A stretch of DNA of 64,000 nucleotides from Clostridia bacterium (lineage in GTDB: Bacteria; Bacillota; Clostridia; UMGS1883), in assembly GCA_045656865.1 (NCBI GenBank), contig JAZOSB010000025.1, positions 8,032 to 72,031 of the forward strand, written 5' to 3'. The position numbers and the translations under genes are program-made. A model generated the notes under the pieces. The model ran no database searches and had not been told where the DNA came from. It saw only the letters and a program-made list of their open reading frames with translations. Each line of letters starts with the position of its first letter. The stretch's first letter is position 1. This document shows positions 28,394 to 38,412 of the stretch, one piece after another.

Positions 28394-29626
28394 TCATCCG
28401 AGTTTAATGTGCTGGGGAAGTCCATTCACTGTAAGCTGTGAAAGCTCGCCCTCGATAAGGGGACGGACATATTTAATAAATTCTTCTGTTACATAGTCGC
28501 CGTTTTCGTTAATCATACTCTGGGGAACTTCCTTGGCAAGGTTTGCAACCTCTCTTACATCATGTGTATCTGTTACACAGATGTAGGGGTTATTGGAAAC
28601 TCTCTTAAGAAGTGCCATTTTGCCTGTTTCACCCTCGGAAGCCGCTTTAACAGCCGCCTGACCGACTGCAAAAGATTCGGAAATATCAGTTGCTGATGCA
28701 ATGTGTGATGCACAACGCTGAAGTGTTGAAAGCTCAACTGCACGGGTCTTGATGCCGAGGTCGTTTTTAAGCATTGTGGCAATTGTCTGCGCTGTTCCTG
28801 TAAGCATTGTGTGACCGAATGCATCTGTACCCTTTTGGCTTCCAAGCTCGCAAACATATTTGCCGTCTTTTGTTCTTACGCCTTCGGAAACGGTGATTAC
28901 AAGGGATTTGCTTCCTTCCTCCATAAGCTCTGCAATACGGTTTTTAACATATTCGTAGTCAAAGGGAACTTCAGGGAGAAGAATCATTGCGGCGCCCTCA
29001 CAATCGTCGCCCTTTGCAAGTGCACTTGCACCTGTGAGCCAGCCTGCATCTCTGCCCATAATTTCCACGATTGTTACGCTCTTAAGGTCATAAACAAGGC
29101 TGTCACGAACAAGCTCCTTGGTAACTGTTGCAACAAATTTTGCCGCACTGCCAAAGCCCGGAGTATGGTCTGTTACAACAAGGTCATTGTCAATTGTCTT
29201 GGGAACACCCATAAACTTTATATCTGTTTTCTTGTATTCATCGTTGTAAATGCTGAGCTTCTTAACGGTATCCATTGAGTCGTTGCCGCCAATGTAGAAG
29301 AAGCCCTTGATGTTATGCTTTTCAAAAATCTTGAAAAGCTTTTCGTAAACTTCGTTGCCCTCCTGAGGTTCGGGAAGCTTGAAACGGCAGGAGCCGAGAT
29401 AGGAAGAGGGAGTTCTCTTGAGAAGCTCCAGATCACGGTCTGTTGTGATTTTTTCACACATATCAATGAAGTTTTCCTGAAGAAGCCCTTCAACACCGCC
29501 GAGCATACCGTAAACCTTGCCCTCGGTGAGCTTCCTGCCTGCATCAAAAACACCTGCAAGTGTAGCGTTGATTGCAGCGGTGGGACCGCCTGACTGTCCT
29601 ATAATAATATTTCCTTTGATTTTCAA
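28394..29626 (-). CDS. pfp: Pyrophosphate-dependent 6-phosphofructokinase (predicted from signature residues)
   Basis: 410 aa PFK fold. GGNDS replaces the GGDGS of ATP-PFKs (Asp at the E. coli Gly104 position), and PKTIDND carries Lys at the Gly124 position. Both are PPi-PFK signatures. Confidence 0.8.
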   Translation of the reverse strand: MKIKGNIIIGQSGGPTAAINATLAGVFDAGRKLTEGKVYGMLGGVEGLLQENFIDMCEKITTDRDLELLKRTPSSYLGSCRFKLPEPQEGNEVYEKLFKIFEKHNIKGFFYIGGNDSMDTVKKLSIYNDEYKKTDIKFMGVPKTIDNDLVVTDHTPGFGSAAKFVATVTKELVRDSLVYDLKSVTIVEIMGRDAGWLTGASALAKGDDCEGAAMILLPEVPFDYEYVKNRIAELMEEGSKSLVITVSEGVRTKDGKYVCELGSQKGTDAFGHTMLTGTAQTIATMLKNDLGIKTRAVELSTLQRCASHIASATDISESFAVGQAAVKAASEGETGKMALLKRVSNNPYICVTDTHDVREVANLAKEVPQSMINENGDYVTEEFIKYVRPLIEGELSQLTVNGLPQHIKLG

Positions 29627-29652
29627 TTATAAACATTCCTTCCCTGATTGTT

Positions 29653-30579
29653 TTATTTTAAGTTAGAATAAAGTAATGCCGCACCGATTATTCCCGCATC
29701 GCCACCGATTTTGGACATTTCAATCTTCGGCTTGGAAAGTATTTCAGAGCAGAATGCGTTCTTATTCACATAATCAATAACAGGGAGGAGAATTGTGTCG
29801 CCCTCCTTTGAAATTGCACCGCCAATTAAAATCTGGTCGGGCTGGAAGATGTTTACCATATCAACAATTCCTATGGCAATTTCCTCAATCCACATATCTC
29901 GGATTCTTTCAGCATCCTTGTCGCCTTTGCGTGCAAGGTCAAACACCGTTCTTCCCGAAATTTCCTCGTCGGGAGAAAGTGATTTTATTTCATCCCTATG
30001 CTCTTTTGTGGTTTCGATAAGCCCTGTTACGGATGCATATGTTTCCCAACAGCCACGTCTTCCGCAGCCACACGGTCTGCCGTTTGTATGGGTCACTATA
30101 TGACCAAGCTCCCCTGCAGCACCGTTGGTGCCAAGGTACAGCTTGCCATTTATGATAATTCCTCCGCCAACGCCTGTGCCAAGAGTAATAAAAATAAAGT
30201 TGTTGGAGCTTTCTGCCTTATAATACTCACCAAGAGCCGCGCAGTTGGCATCATTTTCCACCAGAACGGGAATATTGCCAAGGTGCTTCTGCAGAAATTC
30301 GCGGACGGGAACATTGGAAAATCCAATATTGGTTGCCTCCGATAAAATGCCCTTGTCACGGTCTGCAACACCGGGATTTCCGATTCCGACAGCCTTAATT
30401 TCGCTTTTCTGTATACCTGCTTCCTCAATTGCCCTATCTATGCTTTCAAGCACTGCATTAAGAAATGCTTCATTATCGTTTTTTGGGGTGGGAACGGCGT
30501 GCTTTGCAAGGATGTCCCCGTTTTCGTTGACAACACCTGCTTTTATGCTCATACCACCGATGTCAATACCTATGTACAT
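29653..30579 (-). CDS. glk: ROK family glucokinase
   Basis: 308 aa. N-terminal GIDIGGMSIK ATPase motif and the ROK zinc motif CGCGRRGCWE. Confidence 0.88.
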   Translation of the reverse strand: MYIGIDIGGMSIKAGVVNENGDILAKHAVPTPKNDNEAFLNAVLESIDRAIEEAGIQKSEIKAVGIGNPGVADRDKGILSEATNIGFSNVPVREFLQKHLGNIPVLVENDANCAALGEYYKAESSNNFIFITLGTGVGGGIIINGKLYLGTNGAAGELGHIVTHTNGRPCGCGRRGCWETYASVTGLIETTKEHRDEIKSLSPDEEISGRTVFDLARKGDKDAERIRDMWIEEIAIGIVDMVNIFQPDQILIGGAISKEGDTILLPVIDYVNKNAFCSEILSKPKIEMSKIGGDAGIIGAALLYSNLK

Positions 30580-30651
30580 ATAAAATCTCCTTAATTTAAG
30601 ATATAATATATTCTAATATATTTAACTGAATGTGTCAATGTATTTCGTTCA

Positions 30652-31644
30652 TCAAAGTTTTTCCCAGGACTTCGGCACATAAATATTATTGTAGGTGTAA
30701 ATGGCAAATCTATCGCTCATACCTGCAATATAGTCCGAAACCGCTTTTTCCACGCCCTCTTTCCAGGCAATCTCCTGAAGATAAAGGGGCATTGCACCGG
30801 GGTTTTGTGTGTAATATTCAAAAATCCCCTTGATTATGCCGAGTACTTTCTTTTCCTCTTCCTTTGCCTTGGAGCCTACATATACAAAATCAAACATATA
30901 GTTACGAAGTCTTGTCATTGCCTCCTCAACCTCGGTACTCATAACGATTTCCCTTTTGCCGTAGGAATTTCTTACCACATCGCAAATGAGGGTGTTTATT
31001 CTCTCTGTATGGGTTTCTCCAAGCACATTGGTGATTATTTTAGGGATGTCCTTTTCGTTTATGATACCGCCTCGGCAGGCGTCATCAATGTCGTGGTTTA
31101 TGTAGGCTATTCTGTCAGCAAGCTGCAAAACTTCGCCCTCGAGCGTGCCGGGATTTCCTCCGCCGGGATGGTTGAGGATGCCGTCCCTTACCTCCCACGT
31201 CAGGTTAAGCTTTTCCAATATATCTACTGTGCGAAGACTCTGCTCACTGTGCATAAATCCATCGGAGCAAAGCTCGTTTAATGCAGCTTCACCTGCGTGA
31301 CCGAAGGGGGTATGTCCCAAATCGTGTCCCATCGCCATTGCTTCTGTCAAATCCTCGTTAAGACGAAGGCTTCTGGCAATTGTTCTGGCAATCTGCGAAA
31401 CCTCCAGCGTATGGGTAAGACGGGTTCTGTAATGGTCGCCCTCAGGAGTAATGAAAACCTGCGTTTTATGCTTCAGCCTGCGGAAAGATTTTGAGTGAAT
31501 AATCTTATCACGGTCACGCTGGAACTCTGTACGCATATCACAAAGAGGTGCCTTTTCCTCCCTGCCCTTTGTCTTTTCAGAAAGGCAGGCAAAGGGGGAC
31601 AGTGTATCCCTCTCAATTTTTTCAGTTTGTTCACGGATTGTCAT
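30652..31644 (-). CDS. dGTP triphosphohydrolase-like HD-domain protein
   Basis: HD motif (HTLEVSQI...GHDLGHTPFGH). I chose the ATG at 31644 (MTIREQ), which is preceded by AAAGGAG. Confidence 0.88.
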   Translation of the reverse strand: MTIREQTEKIERDTLSPFACLSEKTKGREEKAPLCDMRTEFQRDRDKIIHSKSFRRLKHKTQVFITPEGDHYRTRLTHTLEVSQIARTIARSLRLNEDLTEAMAMGHDLGHTPFGHAGEAALNELCSDGFMHSEQSLRTVDILEKLNLTWEVRDGILNHPGGGNPGTLEGEVLQLADRIAYINHDIDDACRGGIINEKDIPKIITNVLGETHTERINTLICDVVRNSYGKREIVMSTEVEEAMTRLRNYMFDFVYVGSKAKEEEKKVLGIIKGIFEYYTQNPGAMPLYLQEIAWKEGVEKAVSDYIAGMSDRFAIYTYNNIYVPKSWEKL

Positions 31645-31766
31645 AGTAAAAACTCCTTTCAAAGGATATATCAATTATATAAAGACTGTATAATTTAGAT
31701 GCCAATATTATTTAGAGATAGTTCGTATCAAGTTAAGACAAAACAAGATTTTAAATTCCTCAGTTC

Positions 31767-33011
31767 TTACATCAACTCAGTCTTGCCCTGTTTTTTAAAA
31801 TGTTTCTTCATAGAAAGTATACACAGTACACCCATAACAGGAAAAAGTCCTGTTAAGAGCAAACCTGCTCTCATACTAACTTGTTCTACACTTATATTAA
31901 ATATCTTTGAAATATTCAAAGCAAAACCCGTCAAGCTAAATTTATCAGATACAATTCCAAGCAACTGGGGTGCAACAGACGCTCCCATATCGCCACCTGC
32001 TGCCATAAGTGCATAAATTGCAACACCTACATTTTCAAATTTTTCTTCTACATAAATCAAAGTTCCCGGCCATAACATAGATGTAAAAATTCCCGTCAAA
32101 GCACATGCTATAATTCCAACTACAGGACTTAATGACAAACTTGCCACAAAATAGCAAACACTTGCCCCCAGCATACCATAGAGTAAAATATTAATAATTT
32201 TTTTACCGTATTTAGAATACAGAATTCTTCCCGTTCCCAGTAATGCCGCAAACAGAGCAACACCTATAACATCTCCGTAAACTTTAGGAACTCCTATTGC
32301 ATTTTCAATAAATCCCGATGCCCATTGGGACATTGTACATTCTGCTGCTCCGCCAAAAAATATACATAATGTGCATAAGATAATGCCTTTGCTGAATATT
32401 TTTGTTTGCTTTTGTTCTCCTCCCAAATTATCCATCCGAGGAAGCTTTGCTTTTAAAAACATTAGAAATGCTACAAATGGAACAATGGACCATAAGAGGG
32501 CAAGATACATCCAGTTCCTGCCGCCAAAAACTGATAAAAACAATGTGCTTAGTATTACTACACCTACTATACCCCACGCAGACATTGAGTGCAGTTTGCT
32601 CATTTCACGTTCGGGGTTTTTACTCGGGATTGCCGCAATCACAGGGCTTATCAAAACCTCGCTTAATCCTGAAGCAATAGAAAATATCACCGTTCCTAAC
32701 ACAATCCACAAAAATGCCAACTCCGGAAAAAATCTTGGTAAAACTGCATATAATACCAAACCGACAAACACAACAAGCGGGGTAGTTCTTACCGCTTTAT
32801 GTACATCAAAATATTTGGTAAAAAAAGCAAATATTAAATCAACAAATAATTGCGTAAGAAAATTAATTACCACCAAAAGACCAAGCAAAGTATAAGATAA
32901 ATTATACATATCTCTGAATATCAAGAATAAAAGAGGTGATAAATTAGCCGATATCGCCATTGTCATACCTGTAAGATAGCAAGCATTCTTCGTAAGTTTA
33001 AATTGTTCCAT
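31767..33011 (-). CDS. MFS transporter
   Basis: About 414 aa with 12 predicted TM segments. I chose the ATG at 33011, which is preceded by AGGAGAA. It is visibly more AT-rich than its neighbours. Confidence 0.75.
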   Translation of the reverse strand: MEQFKLTKNACYLTGMTMAISANLSPLLFLIFRDMYNLSYTLLGLLVVINFLTQLFVDLIFAFFTKYFDVHKAVRTTPLVVFVGLVLYAVLPRFFPELAFLWIVLGTVIFSIASGLSEVLISPVIAAIPSKNPEREMSKLHSMSAWGIVGVVILSTLFLSVFGGRNWMYLALLWSIVPFVAFLMFLKAKLPRMDNLGGEQKQTKIFSKGIILCTLCIFFGGAAECTMSQWASGFIENAIGVPKVYGDVIGVALFAALLGTGRILYSKYGKKIINILLYGMLGASVCYFVASLSLSPVVGIIACALTGIFTSMLWPGTLIYVEEKFENVGVAIYALMAAGGDMGASVAPQLLGIVSDKFSLTGFALNISKIFNISVEQVSMRAGLLLTGLFPVMGVLCILSMKKHFKKQGKTELM

Positions 33012-33168
33012 ATTATTTCTCCTTTCGCCAATATTCGACATCCATTATATACTCATATCAAGTTAAGAACAAAAATTCCGTACTTATTCATTATACCATA
33101 CCCATAACTGTGATTCAATACAAAAAAAAGAATTCGCCCTAAAGCAAATTCCTTTTTATACTTTTATT

Positions 33169-34287
33169 TTAGTCACCGAAGCAAATGCCAAGTCCCCTTG
33201 CCATCTGAACTGTTTCACATTCGGGGTCAACAAACTTATTACCATTTCCGATAACATCTTCAAGAGAAAAGCACTTAATAGTATCTCCCTGAAGGACAAC
33301 CATGTTGCCGAACTTACCCTGCATAGCGTACTCAACAGCAGCATAGCCGTAACGGGAAGAAAGCACTCTGTCATGACCGGAGGTTGTACCACCACGCTGA
33401 ACGTGACCGAGAATTGTTGCACGAGCTTCGTTATTACACAATTCTTCAAGCTGGTCTGCAACAACATTTGCAATACCGCCGAGACGGATGGGGTCCGGGC
33501 TGTCCTCTCTCACCTTGTGGATAACAGCTTCACCGCCCTTGGGCTTAGCACCCTCAGAAACTGCAACGATTGCAAAATCCTTGCCCTTTGCAAAGTCTGC
33601 CTTAATTTTATCTGCGACCTTGTTAATATCGTAAGGAATTTCGGGGATGAGGATAACGTCAGCCGCACCTGCAATACCACCATGAAGTGTAAGCCAGCCT
33701 GCACCTCTACCCATAACCTCTGCAACCATAATTCTGCCGTGGCTCTTTGCAGTTGTTCTGAGTCTGTCGAGAGATTCTGTTACGGTACCGATTGCTGTAT
33801 CGAAGCCGTATGTGTAGTCGGTACAGCTGAGGTCGTTATCTATTGTTTTGGGAATACCGATTACATTTACACCCAGACGGGCAAAGTCACGGCCGCTTGT
33901 AAGTGTGCCGTCACCGCCAAGAATGAAGAGTGCATCAATGCCTGCTTCCTTGAGGTTTTCTACTGCAGCCTGAGAAACATTTTCGTAAACGATTTTTCCG
34001 TCTTTTTTTACAATTTCACCATTTTCGTCGCGAACGGGATACTTAAAGAGGTTGTCCTTGTTGGAGCTCTTTAAAATTGTACCGCCCTCGCCGAGAATTT
34101 CCTGAACGCTGTCAAGAGTCAGCGGAATAAAATCCTTGTGATAAAGTCCATGATAACCTTTCCTGATTCCTACAACCTCAAGACCATACTTTGTTATAGC
34201 AGTCTTTACTACGGCGCGGATAACCGCATTAAGTCCCGGGCAGTCGCCGCCGCCTGTAAGAATACCTACCTTTTTAATGTTTGCCAT
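33169..34287 (-). CDS. pfkA: ATP-dependent 6-phosphofructokinase
   Basis: GILTGGGDCPGLN and GGDGT (Gly at the 104-equivalent position) with PKTIDND. The ATG at 34287 is preceded by GGAGG. The track start at 34302 is also possible. Confidence 0.88.
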   Translation of the reverse strand: MANIKKVGILTGGGDCPGLNAVIRAVVKTAITKYGLEVVGIRKGYHGLYHKDFIPLTLDSVQEILGEGGTILKSSNKDNLFKYPVRDENGEIVKKDGKIVYENVSQAAVENLKEAGIDALFILGGDGTLTSGRDFARLGVNVIGIPKTIDNDLSCTDYTYGFDTAIGTVTESLDRLRTTAKSHGRIMVAEVMGRGAGWLTLHGGIAGAADVILIPEIPYDINKVADKIKADFAKGKDFAIVAVSEGAKPKGGEAVIHKVREDSPDPIRLGGIANVVADQLEELCNNEARATILGHVQRGGTTSGHDRVLSSRYGYAAVEYAMQGKFGNMVVLQGDTIKCFSLEDVIGNGNKFVDPECETVQMARGLGICFGD

Positions 34288-34447
34288 TTCCATTTCCTCC
34301 ATTTTCTGCTATCTCGTTCATAGTACTACAAAAAAACGACAATTTCAAGCAAAAAATCCATATTTTTAAAAAAAATATAGAAAGCCGTTAAATTCGGGGT
34401 TTGAGCTTCTTTTTTTGTAAGAAAAAGTTATTGTTTTTTCAGGTTTA

Positions 34448-34481
34448 AAGAGCTATCTCAAAAAAAATGAGATAGCTCTTT
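34448..34481 (-). terminator. Hairpin after clpC
   Basis: A 14-bp stem AAAGAGCTATCTCA/TGAGATAGCTCTTT with an A7/T7 loop, 7 nt after the clpC stop. Confidence 0.6.
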
Positions 34482-34487
34482 TGTAAG

Positions 34488-36911
34488 TTACTTTACTATT
34501 TTAATTTCCCCATCTTCGGCTTTAATTATTACACTATCACCGTTTTGAATTTTTCCGTCAAGCATTTCCTCAGCAAAAAGGTCTTCTACCTTGGAGGTGA
34601 TTGCACGGCGGAGAGGTCTTGCACCGTAAACGGGGTCGAAGCCCTCTTCGGCAAGAAGCTTCACGGCACTTTCGTCAACCGTTGCCGTAATATCGTTTGC
34701 TGAAAGTCTCTTTTTCAGATTTTCAAGCATTACGAGAGCAATTTCACCAATTTCATCTTCGGTAAGCTGACTAAATACAATAATGTCGTCAACACGATTC
34801 AGAAATTCAGGTCTGAACATCTTTTTAAGCTCGTCCATTACGCTGTTTCTGATGTTTTTGTTTACGGTTTCACGGTTGTCACTGCCCGAAGCAAAGCCAA
34901 GGGACTTAGGCTCGGAAATGTTTCTTGCACCGACGTTGCTTGTCATTATTATAACACAGTTTTTAAAATCTACTCGTCTGCCCTGACTGTCGGTAAGCTG
35001 ACCGTCGTCGAGAATCTGCAGAAGAATGTTGAAAACGTCGGGATGTGCCTTTTCAATTTCGTCAAAAAGAATTACGCTGTATGGCTTTCTTCTTACTTTT
35101 TCGGTAAGCTGACCGCCCTCGTCAAAGCCCACATATCCTGGAGGTGAGCCAACCATTTTGGAAACGGAGTGCTTCTCCATATATTCGGACATATCTACTC
35201 TTATAAGTGCGTCCTCATCACCGAAAAGTGCCTCGGTAAGTGCTTTTGAAAGCTCCGTCTTACCAACGCCTGTAGGCCCGAGGAATATAAATGAGCCGAT
35301 AGGCCTCTTGGGGTCCTTGAGTCCCACTCTGCCGCGACGGATAGCCTTGGAAACGGCTTTCACAGCATCCTCCTGACCGATAACCCTCTTGTGAAGAACT
35401 TCTTCAAGGTTACGGAGCCTTTCGGATTCTTCCTCCGCAAGCTTTTTCACGGGGATTCCAGTCCAGCCCGATATGATTTCTGCAATTTCGTCCTCGCCGA
35501 TTTCACCTGCACTCTGTGAGGATTTACTCTGCCACTCTTCGCGGAGTTTAGACAGCTTTTCGCCCATTTCCTTTTCCTTGTCGCGAAGCTCTGCCGCTTT
35601 TTCAAAATCCTGAGAATTGATTGCCTCTTTCTTTTCTGCGGCAACATTTTCAAGAGAAGCTTCGAGCTCCTTTATCTCGGGAGGTGCGGTAAGTGCGCCA
35701 AGACGGACACGGCTGCACGCCTCGTCAACAAGGTCGATTGCCTTGTCGGGGAGGAAGCGGTCGGTGATGTAACGGCTGCTCATTTTTGCAGCGGCAACAA
35801 TAGCCTTGTCGGAAATTTTAACACCGTGGTGTGCCTCGTACTTTTCGCGGATTCCCTTTAAGATTTCAATTGTTTCCTCAACTGACGGCTCTCCTACGGT
35901 TACGGGCTGGAAACGGCGTTCAAGTGCCGCATCCTTTTCTACGTGCTTCCTGTATTCGTTAAGGGTGGTTGCACCAATAAGCTGAAGCTCACCGCGGGCA
36001 AGTGCCGGTTTTAAGATGTTTGCCGCATCAATTGCGCCCTCTGCCGCACCTGCACCTATTATGGTGTGCATTTCGTCAATAAAGAGGATTACATTGCCTG
36101 CCTTTATAATTTCGTCCATTGCTTTTTTCAGGCGCTCTTCAAACTCGCCACGATATTTCGCTCCTGCAACAACACCAGAAAGGTCAAGTGACACAACCCT
36201 TTTCCCTTTGAGAAGCTCGGGAACATTGCCTGCGGCAATTTCCTGTGCAAGTCCCTCGGCAACGGCTGTTTTACCTACACCCGGCTCGCCCAAAAGCACA
36301 GGATTGTTCTTCGTTCTGCGTGAAAGAATCTGTATAACTCTTTCGATTTCCTTTTGTCTGCCAATAACGGGGTCAAATTTCCCTGCCTTTGCAAACTCTG
36401 TCAAATCCCTGCCGAACTGATTAAGGGTAGGCGTATCTCCGCCTTTTTTGCCTTGTTTTTTCTCGCTTTCGGGAACTTCGCTGGTGAGCCTTTCGGAAAT
36501 TTCCTCATAAAGATTTGCGGAAGCACCAAAGCCTAAAAGTATCTTGAATGCAACGCTGTCACGCTCCCTTGCGAGGGCAAGAAGCAGATGCTCCGTACCG
36601 ATATATGCACTCTGGAATTTGTGTGCCTCGGCAAAGGATTGCTGAATTGTGCGGTTTGTTCTGGGGGTGAAGCCTGCAAAAGTGTTTGAGGGGGCAGGAT
36701 TCTGATTAAATTTTGTAATCTGTTCTATAAGCTTATCCTCGGTTATGCCAAGCTCCGCCAGATATTTTGCGGCAAATCCGCTTCCCTCTGCAAAAAGTCC
36801 GTAGAGCAAATGCTCCGTACCGATGTAATTGCAATTGGTTTTTTGGGCACATTCCTGAGAAAGGGAGATTGCCTTTTGTGCCTTTTGGGTAAATCTGTTT
36901 TCTATGTTCAT
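34488..36911 (-). CDS. clpC: ATP-dependent Clp protease ATP-binding subunit ClpC
   Basis: Two Clp_N repeats, two AAA+ modules (GEPGVGKTA, GPTGVGKTE) and a UVR linker. I chose the ATG at 36911 because the track start at 36929 is a TTG. Confidence 0.94.
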   Translation of the reverse strand: MNIENRFTQKAQKAISLSQECAQKTNCNYIGTEHLLYGLFAEGSGFAAKYLAELGITEDKLIEQITKFNQNPAPSNTFAGFTPRTNRTIQQSFAEAHKFQSAYIGTEHLLLALARERDSVAFKILLGFGASANLYEEISERLTSEVPESEKKQGKKGGDTPTLNQFGRDLTEFAKAGKFDPVIGRQKEIERVIQILSRRTKNNPVLLGEPGVGKTAVAEGLAQEIAAGNVPELLKGKRVVSLDLSGVVAGAKYRGEFEERLKKAMDEIIKAGNVILFIDEMHTIIGAGAAEGAIDAANILKPALARGELQLIGATTLNEYRKHVEKDAALERRFQPVTVGEPSVEETIEILKGIREKYEAHHGVKISDKAIVAAAKMSSRYITDRFLPDKAIDLVDEACSRVRLGALTAPPEIKELEASLENVAAEKKEAINSQDFEKAAELRDKEKEMGEKLSKLREEWQSKSSQSAGEIGEDEIAEIISGWTGIPVKKLAEEESERLRNLEEVLHKRVIGQEDAVKAVSKAIRRGRVGLKDPKRPIGSFIFLGPTGVGKTELSKALTEALFGDEDALIRVDMSEYMEKHSVSKMVGSPPGYVGFDEGGQLTEKVRRKPYSVILFDEIEKAHPDVFNILLQILDDGQLTDSQGRRVDFKNCVIIMTSNVGARNISEPKSLGFASGSDNRETVNKNIRNSVMDELKKMFRPEFLNRVDDIIVFSQLTEDEIGEIALVMLENLKKRLSANDITATVDESAVKLLAEEGFDPVYGARPLRRAITSKVEDLFAEEMLDGKIQNGDSVIIKAEDGEIKIVK

Positions 36912-36925
36912 ATATTTCAGTCCTT

Positions 36926-37930
36926 TCAATTAAGAGAATTCTGAAGAATCTGCGCTCTCTTTACATCTCTGTCCTGAGTAGTTATATTTTCATTTTCCAT
37001 AATAAGTGTTGCAGGCATGGAGGAAAACATTGCCTTGCGGAGTGCATTGAGGTCTATATTCTTAATTATACCTGCATTTGTGCCCATGCAAACATTGGAA
37101 ACGAGATTCATTGCCTCGGATGATGAAATCATATACGCATTTTTAAGTATGCCCAGACTTCTGAGGCATTTATCCTTCATTTCATATTCGTTGTTTTCAA
37201 AAAGCTGTGCACAAAGCCGTCTTTCCTCGCTGATAAGTGAGCAAGCCGCCGCACTCAGGCGGGAGAGAATGTCCTCCTCGCTTGTACCCATTGTTATCTG
37301 GTTGGAAAGCTGGAAAAGTGCGCCGCTTGCCTTGCTTCCCTCTCCGTAAAGACCGCGTACTGTCATACCGAGGTTTGCCGCCCATTTCAAAAGTGGGTTT
37401 ACCTGTCCTGATGTGCTTACGGCAGGAAGATGAAGCATCACCGAAGCTCTCAGTCCCGTTCCTGCGTTGGTGGGACAGCTAGTGAGATAACCAAACTCAC
37501 TGTCACGGTCAAAGGTTAATTTCTCGGCAAGGAGTGTTTCAATTTTCTTTGCCGTGTCGTATGCACTGTCGGGGTCGAGTCCGTCGGAAAATACCTGAAT
37601 ACGAAGATGGTCCTCTTCATTTACCATAACGGAAATTTTCTCGTCATTACTGATTATTGCCACAGATGGCACTTTTGAAGCACAAAGTTCGGGACTTATG
37701 AGATGTTTTTCAATAAGTGCCTTTTTTTCAAGGTCAGAAATTGTGCTGATTTCGATTTTGCGAAGCTCGTTTTTGAGGGGGGAGTTGTCAAAAGCACTCC
37801 ATACCGTGTCTATAAGCTCCTTTGCCTGAGCTATGCTCATTTTGCGGGGGTAAGGAATCCCCGAAATGTTTCTTGCAAGCCTGACTCTTGTGCTGACCGC
37901 AATATCAATTTCGTTGGTATGCTTATTCAT
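36926..37930 (-). CDS. mcsB: Protein arginine kinase
   Basis: 334 aa with a phosphagen-kinase-like domain (SCPTNAGTGLRAS). It lies between mcsA and clpC. Confidence 0.92.
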   Translation of the reverse strand: MNKHTNEIDIAVSTRVRLARNISGIPYPRKMSIAQAKELIDTVWSAFDNSPLKNELRKIEISTISDLEKKALIEKHLISPELCASKVPSVAIISNDEKISVMVNEEDHLRIQVFSDGLDPDSAYDTAKKIETLLAEKLTFDRDSEFGYLTSCPTNAGTGLRASVMLHLPAVSTSGQVNPLLKWAANLGMTVRGLYGEGSKASGALFQLSNQITMGTSEEDILSRLSAAACSLISEERRLCAQLFENNEYEMKDKCLRSLGILKNAYMISSSEAMNLVSNVCMGTNAGIIKNIDLNALRKAMFSSMPATLIMENENITTQDRDVKRAQILQNSLN

Positions 37931-38412
37931 TACTTACCCTCCTTGCTTCTGATTTTATCACGCAGGATTGCCGCCTGTTCGTAGTTTTCCTCGGCAATTG
38001 CCTTTTGAAGCTCTTCCTTTAATATATCAAGCTCCGACTTTTCCTTTTTTGGTTTTTCGGGGACAGGTACTTTTGGTTCCTCCTGCACACTTTCCGCTAA
38101 GTGCACCGAAGTGCCGTGAATTTTCTGGAGCATTGTCTTTGCCTGACGGCGGAAGGTTTCGTAACATTTACCGCAGCCCATTCTGCCCTTGTGAGTAAAC
38201 TCGGAAAGAGTCATTCCGCACAGAGGACATACGGAGGAAGCAGTTTCAGGGCGTGTGCCGAAAGAGAGCAATGAGCCGAAATTGTCGAAAAGCGACTCTC
38301 CTGACGCACATTGAGAGCAGAGGTTTAAGGAGCTTTTCTTTCCGTTTACTATCTGCGTGTACATAACTGATGCGTTTCTTTTTCCGCATTTTTCACATAA
38401 CATATATATCAT
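37930..38412 (-). CDS. mcsA: McsA (UvrB/UvrC-motif zinc-finger activator of McsB)
   Basis: 160 aa with CxxC pairs (CEKCGK, CSQC, CPLCG, CGKC) and a C-terminal UVR motif (EENYEQAAILRDKI). Its ATG overlaps the ctsR stop (ATGA). Confidence 0.88.
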   Translation of the reverse strand: MIYMLCEKCGKRNASVMYTQIVNGKKSSLNLCSQCASGESLFDNFGSLLSFGTRPETASSVCPLCGMTLSEFTHKGRMGCGKCYETFRRQAKTMLQKIHGTSVHLAESVQEEPKVPVPEKPKKEKSELDILKEELQKAIAEENYEQAAILRDKIRSKEGK

